Positions 53,130 through 61,305 of a stretch of DNA of 64,000 bases are shown here, one piece after another (the first letter of the stretch is position 1; each line of letters begins with the position of its first letter). Where the stretch lies: assembly GCA_934446065.1 (NCBI GenBank), contig CAKSDP010000006.1:11032-75031 (forward strand), in the 5' to 3' direction. The notes beneath the pieces were generated by a model that saw nothing but the letters and a program-made list of their open reading frames with translations, made no database searches and was not told where the DNA came from. Source of the stretch: an uncultured Eubacteriales bacterium (GTDB lineage Bacteria > Bacillota > Clostridia > Oscillospirales > CAG-272). Position numbers and translations under genes: made by a program.

Positions 53130-54272
53130 ATGTCTGCATTCAAGAACTTCGGCATTACATTTCTTGTGTCTGTGCTGATATTCGGTATCGTGGCTTATTT
53201 TGTTGTCGGTTTTCTTACATCAACTGTCAGCGGAATTTTGGCGGACGAGAATGACCGCCTTGACAATCTCTTTACGGAACCGGCGGAAAGCTCAAATATA
53301 AATAAAACTCCGACAAAGGACGTTCCCCAAGTCGAAGGCGATTCGTTTACGCTGCTCTTTGCCGTAACCGATAAGCGCGAGGGAACTTTCAAGTATTATC
53401 CTAAGACGGAATCCGAGATCAACGCGATCGACACAACGGTAAAAGGCTCCGACGGCATCCTCGCCGAAGGGTATCACACCGTAAAAATGAAATCGATCGT
53501 CCTTCTGCGCGTTTCTAAGGAAACGGGCGACTACACGATAATCCCGATCCCGTCGAACTCAAAGGTCTATACGAACAAGGGCGGCGGCTACACTCTCCTT
53601 GAGGACGTCGCGTACTTTTACAGCAACGGGTTTTTCAGAGATAAAGTTTATTCCATGACCGGGATCATGCCGGACTATACTGCCGTCATAAATGTAACGG
53701 ATCTTCCGGCTCTCCTTGATTCAGTCGGCAGCTTTACGTGCTATGTCCCCGAGGATATCTATTCCGACGGAAAGAACTATGTCCCGAAGCCCGCTGAACC
53801 CGCGACTACCGAAACTACTACTGTAACCACATCTCCCGCCGAGACGACCGCCGTAACGACAGCAGAACCTGAAGTGAAATACGAAAAGGCGGTCAGCGCC
53901 GGAAACGTCAGCGTTTCCAAGTCGAATATCGAAGCGATAATGCTTTACGAAAACTATGCCGACGGCGCCGATTCGCGTGCGGAGCTTGTCGCAAATATGT
54001 TCAAGGGATTTCTTGAGCGTTTCTCAAAGCTTGACGACAGCGCTCTCTCATTTATATATTCAAAGTTTGCCGGCTCGAAAATCGAGACCGATATGACCGA
54101 TGCCGAGCTTGTCTCCAAAGGCGAGATTCTCAGAGCATACGACCGATTCACCACGACCGTGGAAAAATACCCCGGCAAAATATCGGCTGACGGCAACTTT
54201 ATTCCCGATACTACCGGAGCCATTAAGAGCTATATGGCACTGAGGCTCCCGGCTGACCCCTCAAAGCAATAA
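53130..54272 (+). CDS. Membrane-anchored extracytoplasmic protein with a degenerate LCP (LytR-CpsA-Psr)-like core
   Basis: N-terminal TM helix. The blocks FTLLFAVTD..., SIVLLRVSKETGDYTIIPIPSNSKVY and MPDYTAVINVTDLPALLDSVGSF parallel LCP blocks (ILLLGSD, TIMLvsIn...vSIPRDtyv, idyYv.vnf.gF..lvDalGG). The conserved arginines are not evident. T/E/A-rich linker. Confidence 0.4.
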   Translation: MSAFKNFGITFLVSVLIFGIVAYFVVGFLTSTVSGILADENDRLDNLFTEPAESSNINKTPTKDVPQVEGDSFTLLFAVTDKREGTFKYYPKTESEINAIDTTVKGSDGILAEGYHTVKMKSIVLLRVSKETGDYTIIPIPSNSKVYTNKGGGYTLLEDVAYFYSNGFFRDKVYSMTGIMPDYTAVINVTDLPALLDSVGSFTCYVPEDIYSDGKNYVPKPAEPATTETTTVTTSPAETTAVTTAEPEVKYEKAVSAGNVSVSKSNIEAIMLYENYADGADSRAELVANMFKGFLERFSKLDDSALSFIYSKFAGSKIETDMTDAELVSKGEILRAYDRFTTTVEKYPGKISADGNFIPDTTGAIKSYMALRLPADPSKQ

Positions 54273-54273
54273 T

Positions 54274-54290
54274 CCGACCGCATCGGTCGG
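54274..54290 (+). terminator. Short hairpin, possible weak terminator
   Basis: CCGACCG-cat-CGGTCGG immediately after the stop, followed only by tacattatct with no clear T-tract. Confidence 0.3.
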
Positions 54291-54326
54291 TACATTATCT
54301 CATATCACATAAAGGATGGACTTGTT

Positions 54327-55739
54327 ATGTCGAAACTTCCCAACAGCGAAAAAACAATGGACAAAATCGTCGCACTCTGTAAAAACAGAGGCTTCGTCTA
54401 CGCCGGCAGTGAGATCTACGGCGGACTCGCGAACACGTGGGACTATGGTCCTCTCGGCGTTGAGCTCAAAAACAACATCAAACGCGCATGGTGGAAGAAA
54501 TTCGTACAGGAAAACAAGTACAACGTCGGACTTGATGCCGCGATTCTCATGAATCCCCAGACTTGGGTCGCATCGGGTCACCTCGGCGGATTCTCCGATC
54601 CCCTCATGGACTGCCGTGAGTGCAAGGAGCGCTTCCGCGCGGACAAGCTGATCGAAGACTGGTGCTCGGAGAACTCTTTCGAGCTTCCAAAGCCGATCGA
54701 CGCATTCTCGCAGGAGGAAATGAATAACTTCGTCGAGGATCACAACATCGCCTGCCCCTCGTGCGGCAAGCACAACTTCACCGATATCCGTCAGTTCAAC
54801 CTGATGTTCAAGACATTCCAGGGCGTTACCGAGGACGCAAAAAACACCGTTTACCTCCGTCCCGAGACCGCGCAGGGAATATTCGTAAACTTTGCGAACG
54901 TTCGGCGTACCTCCCGCAAGAAGATGCCATTCGGTATCGGACAGATCGGTAAGTCCTTCCGTAACGAGATCACCCCCGGCAACTTCATTTTCCGTGTCCG
55001 TGAGTTTGAGCAGATGGAGCTTGAGTTCTTCTGCAAGCCTGGCACCGACCTTGAATGGTTCAACTACTGGCGCTCCTTCTGCCGCGATTTTCTTCTCTCG
55101 CTCGGCATGAACGAGGAGAACCTCAGACTCCGCGACCACGATCCCGAGGAGCTCTGCTTCTATTCCAAGGCTACGACCGACTTTGAGTTCCTGTTCCCGT
55201 TCGGATGGGGCGAGCTGTGGGGCGTTGCCGACCGTACCGACTACGACCTCACTCAGCATCAGAACACCTCCGGTAAGGATCTCACCTACTTCGATCAAGA
55301 GTCCGGCGAGCATTACATTCCCTACGTCATCGAACCGTCGCTCGGTGTCGAGCGTTCGTTCCTCGCATTCCTCTGCGACGCTTACGACGAGGAGGTCGTT
55401 GATGCAGAGAAGAACGACACCCGTGTTGTACTGCGATTCCACCCGGCACTTGCACCCGTCAAGGCTGCTATCCTCCCGCTTTCAAAGAAGCTTTCCGAGA
55501 AAGCCGGCGAGATCTACGACCGCCTCAGCGGATCGTTTGCAGTTGATTTTGACGACGCAGGCTCCATCGGTAAGAGATACCGCAGACAGGACGAGATCGG
55601 AACACCTCTCTGTGTTACCTATGACTTTGATTCCGAGAACGACGGCTGCGTAACCGTCCGTGACCGTGATTCAATGGAGCAGGTGCGTATCCCGATCGAC
55701 TCTCTCGAGAGCTATATCGCCGAGAAAATTAAATTCTGA
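54327..55739 (+). CDS. glyQS: Glycine--tRNA ligase (homodimeric class II, GlyQS)
   Basis: [40 protein letters not shown], class II motifs including [21 protein letters not shown], and an anticodon-binding C-terminus. Confidence 0.95.
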   Translation: MSKLPNSEKTMDKIVALCKNRGFVYAGSEIYGGLANTWDYGPLGVELKNNIKRAWWKKFVQENKYNVGLDAAILMNPQTWVASGHLGGFSDPLMDCRECKERFRADKLIEDWCSENSFELPKPIDAFSQEEMNNFVEDHNIACPSCGKHNFTDIRQFNLMFKTFQGVTEDAKNTVYLRPETAQGIFVNFANVRRTSRKKMPFGIGQIGKSFRNEITPGNFIFRVREFEQMELEFFCKPGTDLEWFNYWRSFCRDFLLSLGMNEENLRLRDHDPEELCFYSKATTDFEFLFPFGWGELWGVADRTDYDLTQHQNTSGKDLTYFDQESGEHYIPYVIEPSLGVERSFLAFLCDAYDEEVVDAEKNDTRVVLRFHPALAPVKAAILPLSKKLSEKAGEIYDRLSGSFAVDFDDAGSIGKRYRRQDEIGTPLCVTYDFDSENDGCVTVRDRDSMEQVRIPIDSLESYIAEKIKF

Positions 55740-55745
55740 TATTCC

Positions 55746-55773
55746 GGGCTGGCGTGCCGAAGCACGGCAGCCC
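55746..55773 (+). terminator. GC-rich hairpin after glyQS (terminator or processing/stability element)
   Basis: GGGCTGGCGTGC-cgaa-GCACGGCAGCCC with 11 of 12 pairs. The downstream T-tract is poor (aacttgtattta). Confidence 0.4.
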
Positions 55774-55811
55774 AACTTGTATTTATAAAAACTACGGAAG
55801 GAGGAGCAGCC

Positions 55812-56711
55812 GTGAATCTCTGCGAACCGCGAACAATAAAATCTCTTCTTGAGAAGTATTCGCTCGCACCGAAGAAAAAGTTCGGTCAGAATTTTCTCAC
55901 AAACCCATCGGTTCCCGAGAATATCGCCGAAGCTTCGCGTGCGGCATCCGACGGCGCATCCGTTCTCGAGATCGGACCGGGACTCGGAGTGCTCACGCAG
56001 GAGCTTTGCGACAGATTTGAAAAGGTCGTCGCCGTTGAGATCGACACGGGGCTTCTCCCACTCCTCGACGAGACCCTCGAGGAGTTTCCGAATGTCGAGA
56101 TCGTCTCCGGCGACTTCATGAAGCTTGATGTTTCCGCGTTTCTTTCCGAGAAATTCGGGAATACTAAACCTGCCGTATGCGCGAATCTTCCGTACTACAT
56201 CACCTCGCCGATCCTAATGCGGCTTATCGAAACGTTCCCGTATTCCGAGCCTCTGCCGTACTCGTCGATCACTGTAATGGTTCAGGCTGAGGTCGCGGAC
56301 AGAATTTCCGCCGCACCGGGCAGCGCCGATTACGGCTCGATCACAGCGGAGATAGCGCTGAGATGCAGCGCGAGACGCGTGATGACAGTCTCACCGAGAT
56401 CGTTTTTCCCGCCTCCGAAAGTCACCTCTGCCGTGATACAGCTTATCCCGCACGAGCGCGGAATATATTCCGTATATCCGGACGCGCCGACGGACAGGGA
56501 AGAGTGCAATACCTTCGGACAACGCGTGTCCGAGCTTATAACAGCCGCATTTCTCATGCGGCGGAAAACCCTTGTCAATGCGGCATCATCGATATACCGA
56601 AAGGAAGCTATCGCATCTGCGCTCGAGTCCATGGGGCAGCGACCCGATGTTCGCGGAGAACGTCTCTCCGCCGCAGATTTCTGCCGTCTCACGGCACTTC
56701 TCAATAAATAA
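55812..56711 (+). CDS. rsmA: 16S rRNA (adenine1518/1519-N6)-dimethyltransferase
   Basis: KKKFGQNFLTNPSV, VLEIGPGLGVLT and ANLPYYITSPIL. GTG start behind GGAGGAG. Confidence 0.93.
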   Translation: MNLCEPRTIKSLLEKYSLAPKKKFGQNFLTNPSVPENIAEASRAASDGASVLEIGPGLGVLTQELCDRFEKVVAVEIDTGLLPLLDETLEEFPNVEIVSGDFMKLDVSAFLSEKFGNTKPAVCANLPYYITSPILMRLIETFPYSEPLPYSSITVMVQAEVADRISAAPGSADYGSITAEIALRCSARRVMTVSPRSFFPPPKVTSAVIQLIPHERGIYSVYPDAPTDREECNTFGQRVSELITAAFLMRRKTLVNAASSIYRKEAIASALESMGQRPDVRGERLSAADFCRLTALLNK

Positions 56712-56723
56712 CCGAGGATCCAT

Positions 56724-57557
56724 ATGAAGATAAAACTGATTGCAACCGACCTTGACGGAACCCTTCTTTCGCCCGACCACGTGTCAGTCTCTCCCGCAAA
56801 TGCGGCGGCACTCAGGCGCGCATCCGATGCAGGAGTAAAGATAGTGATCGCGAGCGGACGCACCGACGATGTGTTCCCGGCGGACGTGCGCGCACTTGAT
56901 TTTCTCGATTTCGCGCTCGTCTCAAACGGAGCGGCGATGATCTCCTATCCGGAAATGCACCATACGCCGATAAGCGAGATCCCGTACAGCGTCTGGTGCG
57001 ACATATATGATAAAATGGCTGCCGCCGGAGCCGATCCCGAGATTTATGCCGAGGGCAGAAGTTTTATGGACGAGAGTCGGATAGAGCGGTTCACAAGCTC
57101 ACTTCTCACACCGGCGCTTGTGAATGAGCTGAAGTCACACATTACCGTGGTGCCCGATGTTAAAAAAGCTCTTGAGGGGCACAGCATAGAGAAGCTTTGC
57201 GTGCTGACAGTCCCCGACGAAACGCGCGATGCCCTTACCAAAACACTGTTTGACGACACGAGGATCTCGTGTACAAGCTCCATTCCCGGCAATATCGAGG
57301 CGAACGCACGCGGGACGAGCAAGGGCACGGCTCTTGCACACCTTGCCGATTCGCTCGGGTTTGCGCCCGATGAGATAATGGCGCTCGGCGACGCCGGCAA
57401 CGATATCGAAATGCTCAAATTTGCTGGATGCTCGGTTGCAATGGCAAACGCAAGTGAGCCCGCCCGTGAAGCGGCACGTTATACGACGTCCTCAAACGCT
57501 GATGACGGGGTTGCCCGCACAATACGGAAATTCGTATTCGGCGAAGCTGAGGAATAA
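56724..57557 (+). CDS. Cof-type HAD-IIB phosphatase
   Basis: KLIATDLDGTLL, ASGR and GDAGNDIEMLKFAG motifs. Confidence 0.88.
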   Translation: MKIKLIATDLDGTLLSPDHVSVSPANAAALRRASDAGVKIVIASGRTDDVFPADVRALDFLDFALVSNGAAMISYPEMHHTPISEIPYSVWCDIYDKMAAAGADPEIYAEGRSFMDESRIERFTSSLLTPALVNELKSHITVVPDVKKALEGHSIEKLCVLTVPDETRDALTKTLFDDTRISCTSSIPGNIEANARGTSKGTALAHLADSLGFAPDEIMALGDAGNDIEMLKFAGCSVAMANASEPAREAARYTTSSNADDGVARTIRKFVFGEAEE

Positions 57558-57595
57558 CAAAAACGCAGCACATACAGAGAAAGGAACGGCATATC

Positions 57596-58831
57596 ATGAC
57601 AAACAATATTTTTTCGTCGGCTGATATACTTCTGCCCGACTTTCCCGCAGGAGATGACCGCTATCACACCTGGTCGGTGATCGCCTGCGATCAGTTCACC
57701 TCCGAGGCGGAGTATTGGGCAAGATGCAGGAATGTCATCGGTGACGCCGAATCCACATATAACTTTATTTTGCCCGAGGCATACCTCGGAACGCCGCTCG
57801 CAGAAGATCACAAGCGCATTATCGCCGATTCTATGAGCCGCGCGGATGACATAATGTCAAAAGTCCTCGCCGCCTCGTTTGTATATATCGAGCGCACGCT
57901 GCCCGACGGCGCGATACGCCCCGGAATCGTGGGAAAGATCGACCTTGCGGGATATGATTATTCCGTAGGCTCATCCTCACCCGTTCGCGCGACCGAGGCG
58001 ACCGTTCTCGAGCGTATCCCGCCGAGATGCGAGGTCCGCGCGTCAGCCGCAGTCGAGCTCCCGCACGTGATGCTTCTCACCGATGACCCCGATATGAAAA
58101 TGTACAAAACGGCTGCCGCAGAGCGCGGCAAACTCTTGTATGACTTCGAGCTGATGGAGGGCGGGGGACACCTCGCCGGATGGCAGATCACGGGTGCTTC
58201 AGCCGAAGCGCTGACCGCCGCGATATCAGATTACGAAGCATCGTGCACCACCTCCGCAAAAGCACCGGTGGTGTACGCAGTAGGCGACGGCAACCATTCG
58301 CTTGCAGCAGCAAAGGCGCACTTTGAAAATCTGCGAGGGTCTCTCGGAGATGCGGCTCTGACTCACCCTGCACGGTATGCACTGGTCGAGATCGTTTCGC
58401 TCCACTCGCCCGCGATAGTGTTCGAGCCGATATACAGGCTCGTAAAAGGCTGCGACACTGCAAAGCTCATGTGCCATATCAAATCACTTGCTGGCGCATC
58501 ATCGCAATCCGTTACGATGATCTCAAACGGTAAAGAGAAAACCGTCTCCATCGCAGCTCCCACTCATGCGTTGACCGTCGGCTCACTTCAGAATATCATT
58601 GACGCATACCTCCTTGAGAACAACGGCGAGTGCGACTACATACACGGCACAGATGCACTTGAAAAACTTGCGCAGGCGCCGGATTCCGTCGGATTCCTGT
58701 TCGACGGGATGAAAAAGGAAGACCTGTTCGACTACGTTTGCGCCCATGGCTCGCTCCCGAGAAAAACTTTTTCAATGGGCGAGGCAAAAAGCAAGCGTTA
58801 CTACACTGAAGCAAGAAAAATTATCATATAA
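57596..58831 (+). CDS. Conserved protein of unknown function, DUF1015-like
   Basis: About 410 aa. AVGDGNHSLAAAKAHF resembles the DG-H-H block I recall for DUF1015. Weak recollection only. Confidence 0.4.
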   Translation: MTNNIFSSADILLPDFPAGDDRYHTWSVIACDQFTSEAEYWARCRNVIGDAESTYNFILPEAYLGTPLAEDHKRIIADSMSRADDIMSKVLAASFVYIERTLPDGAIRPGIVGKIDLAGYDYSVGSSSPVRATEATVLERIPPRCEVRASAAVELPHVMLLTDDPDMKMYKTAAAERGKLLYDFELMEGGGHLAGWQITGASAEALTAAISDYEASCTTSAKAPVVYAVGDGNHSLAAAKAHFENLRGSLGDAALTHPARYALVEIVSLHSPAIVFEPIYRLVKGCDTAKLMCHIKSLAGASSQSVTMISNGKEKTVSIAAPTHALTVGSLQNIIDAYLLENNGECDYIHGTDALEKLAQAPDSVGFLFDGMKKEDLFDYVCAHGSLPRKTFSMGEAKSKRYYTEARKIII

Positions 58832-58937
58832 TCGGATCTTGGTTCCGCAAAATTGTAACTTCTGACAACCGAGATGAACGCACAGGAGAATATTGCATAA
58901 ATATTAAATATTTTCTGAACAAAAATTATATTATCTA

Positions 58938-58966
58938 TTGCATTTTCTCGTGAATTTTGCTATACT
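58938..58966 (+). promoter_or_regulatory. Sigma-A-type promoter for the sugar-transferase gene
   Basis: TTGCAT (58938-58943), a 17-nt spacer, then TGcTATACT (-10 at 58961-58966) in a 200-nt AT-rich gap. Confidence 0.7.
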
Positions 58967-58982
58967 CTTATGTGTAGTAATT

Positions 58983-59015
58983 TCGTATATTGTGTTTGTA
59001 AGTCGTGTATTGTGT
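58983..59015 (+). repeat. Direct 13-nt repeat in the 5' leader (possible operator or RNA element)
   Basis: TCGTATATTGTGT (58983-58995) and TCGTGTATTGTGT (59003-59015), with one mismatch and a 20-nt period. They lie between the predicted TSS and the RBS. Confidence 0.6.
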
Positions 59016-59048
59016 CGGAAGAAATAACTGTTCGGTGAGGTGTTGTCC

Positions 59049-59756
59049 ATGGACAAGCTTATGTTGTCTGACACAATTACAGACAATGACATCACCGAAG
59101 AGACCGTCTCAAATGATGCAGTCGTCGCGGACGAGGTAAAGATCTATGTCGTCCCCGACGTTCAGGTGAAGTCAAAGCCGGTATACAGCGCATTGAAGCG
59201 GCTCTTCGATATTGTCGCTTCTTTTGTTGCGCTCATTTTGACCCTTATACCGATGCTTGTGATCTCGATCATGATAAAACGCGACTCACCCGGTCCCGCG
59301 CTTTTCTGTCAGGAGCGCCTTGGTCGGAACGGCGTGCCGTTCATGATGTACAAATTCAGAACCATGCGGCTCGACGCCGAAAAGGACGGCGCCGCATGGG
59401 CTGAGCGAGACGATCCCAGATGTACGAATTTCGGAAAATTCCTCCGCAAAACCAGACTGGACGAGCTTCCGCAGCTTTGGAATATTCTTCGCGGTGATAT
59501 GAGCTTTGTCGGTCCGAGACCGGAGAGACAGTGCTTCTACGATAAATTTGAGGAGTACATACACGGCTTCAGCAAACGCATGGCTGTGAAGCCCGGACTT
59601 ACCGGTCACGCGCAGGTGAACGGCGGTTACGACCTCTCACCGGAGGAGAAGATCGTCTACGATATGGACTACATAAAAAGACGCTCGATCCCGATGGATA
59701 TCGAGTGCATAATTAAAACATTTGAAGTTGTATTTACGCAAAAAGGCGCGAGATGA
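59049..59756 (+). CDS. Small monotopic phosphoglycosyl transferase (bacterial sugar transferase, EpsL/PglC type)
   Basis: KRLFDIVASFVALILTLIPMLVISIMIKRDSPGPALFCQERLGRNGVPFMMYKFRTM and DELPQLWNILRGDMSFVGPRP. ATG 59049 lies 9 nt after GAGG. Confidence 0.9.
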   Translation: MDKLMLSDTITDNDITEETVSNDAVVADEVKIYVVPDVQVKSKPVYSALKRLFDIVASFVALILTLIPMLVISIMIKRDSPGPALFCQERLGRNGVPFMMYKFRTMRLDAEKDGAAWAERDDPRCTNFGKFLRKTRLDELPQLWNILRGDMSFVGPRPERQCFYDKFEEYIHGFSKRMAVKPGLTGHAQVNGGYDLSPEEKIVYDMDYIKRRSIPMDIECIIKTFEVVFTQKGAR

Positions 59757-59770
59757 TCGCGCCTTTTTCA
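59741..59770. terminator. Bidirectional rho-independent terminator
   Basis: GGCGCGA-gatga-TCGCGCC (59745-59763), flanked by A4 and T5 runs. The stop codon sits in the loop. Confidence 0.9.
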
Positions 59771-59786
59771 TATTTATTTTACGTGC

Positions 59787-60743
59787 TTATATCTCATGCT
59801 TTATCGACCGTGTGAAAAGAGTAGTCAGCGAATCGCGCGGATCCTCACCTCGATAAAGGCACCGCCATACAGACTCACATATCGGCAGTTCAACCGAATA
59901 CTTCTCTCTGAGCAGCATCAGAGCGTCAACAGTGTAATAGCCTTCGGCAAGAGAATCATACGTCTCGCCGCGCACGAGCATCTCGCCGAACATTCTGTTG
60001 TGGCTGAATTCCGAGAACACCGTCGCCTCATAATCGCCGAGGTGGCACAGCCCGTATGCCGAAAGCTCGTTCCCGCCCATCGCCGCTATCAGACGTGCGA
60101 TCTCACGCGTGCCGCGCGACATCAGCGCACCCTTGAGAGTCGAGAGTCTGAGACCGTCAAGCATACCCGCAGCAATGCCTATCACGTTCTTTGCAGCCGC
60201 GCCGATCTCGCTTCCGATTAGATCAGTCCCGTAGTAAAAGCGGATGAGATCGCTCGAGAAGCTGTCCACAAGCCTGCGCTTCAGCTCCGTATTTTCGCTG
60301 TCGATCACCATGCAGTTGGGAATGCCGGAGGCAAACTCCTGCACGTGACCCGGTCCAACCCAAACCGCAATCCCCGAGGATGGGGACACGTATTCCGACA
60401 CGACCTCGCTCAGGCGAAGCCCCGTGCCGCACTCGATGCCCTTCATGCATAGAATGTAGTCGCGCCGCACGTCGCCGAGTGCGCGGATCTGCTCCATAAG
60501 CCCCCGCAGCGACTGGCTTCCGACAGATATTATGACAGTATCAAAATCGCAAAGGCGCGAAATATCGTCGGTCATCGCAAGCTCATCCGGAAGCTCCAGA
60601 AGTGAGTTCCTGCGTGTTTTCACAAGAGATTCAAAGGATTTCGAGCTCTGCCGTCCGAACAGTGTCACATCATGTCCGATGCGGCAGAGATACCAGGCAA
60701 TAAAGGTGCCCCATCTACCGGAGCCGATAATGGCAAGTTTCAA
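59787..60743 (-). CDS. gpsA: NAD(P)H-dependent glycerol-3-phosphate dehydrogenase family protein
   Basis: MKLAIIGSGRWGTFIAWYL (Rossmann fold), GPGHVQEF, AAKNVIGIAAGMLDGL and SRGTREIARL parallel GpsA blocks. The context is atypical, so it could be a paralogue. Confidence 0.7.
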   Translation of the reverse strand: MKLAIIGSGRWGTFIAWYLCRIGHDVTLFGRQSSKSFESLVKTRRNSLLELPDELAMTDDISRLCDFDTVIISVGSQSLRGLMEQIRALGDVRRDYILCMKGIECGTGLRLSEVVSEYVSPSSGIAVWVGPGHVQEFASGIPNCMVIDSENTELKRRLVDSFSSDLIRFYYGTDLIGSEIGAAAKNVIGIAAGMLDGLRLSTLKGALMSRGTREIARLIAAMGGNELSAYGLCHLGDYEATVFSEFSHNRMFGEMLVRGETYDSLAEGYYTVDALMLLREKYSVELPICESVWRCLYRGEDPRDSLTTLFTRSIKHEI

Positions 60744-61208
60744 TCAAAGCACATCCTTTCGGTTGTCATTATTGGTGTCAAAAATCGAGGTGTATTTCGC
60801 CGGTGTCTCCTCGACGGTCGCCTTGTGTCTGCGGAGGAGATAACGGACAAGCATACAGACTCCGTAAATCGCCAAAAACAAAACGAGCAGTAACATTGAC
60901 GCGCCGCCGAACTTCGCCACCCCGGTGGGGAGAATAATGCAGAGATAGAACGATGCCGCAGACAAAAGAAAATTAAGGGCATACTGCCATCCACGCACGT
61001 GCGCGGCCCTTATTATAAGTGATGATGCACCTATGACGGCAGAGAAGAGAAGAATGAACATCGCCGTTTTCGGTGTCGGAACAAATACGGAGTTCTTGGA
61101 CATTATCGCCCCCGCGAGATACATACCCGCGATGATGAGCGTAAAAACCGTGCAGGCAACGTTTTTTGCATAAAGAATTGCCGAACAAATGTCGTGTTTT
61201 TCTTGCAT
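60744..61208 (-). CDS. Hypothetical four-TM membrane protein
   Basis: 154 aa. Its stop abuts the gpsA-like ATG with no intervening nucleotides. Confidence 0.5.
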   Translation of the reverse strand: MQEKHDICSAILYAKNVACTVFTLIIAGMYLAGAIMSKNSVFVPTPKTAMFILLFSAVIGASSLIIRAAHVRGWQYALNFLLSAASFYLCIILPTGVAKFGGASMLLLVLFLAIYGVCMLVRYLLRRHKATVEETPAKYTSIFDTNNDNRKDVL

Positions 61209-61305
61209 TGTAAACTACTTCCGATTTCTGAGATGTAATTACTTATATTTTACTATATTTTCCGTCTCAGTACAATCGTCAAATTGTTAATTTTGCAAAA
61301 GCGGA

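Noticed and set aside
54300-55442. 380-aa ORF on the minus strand
   Set aside because: It is antisense to glyQS. The composition looks like a shadow ORF (L/V/E-rich), and there is no RBS or promoter.
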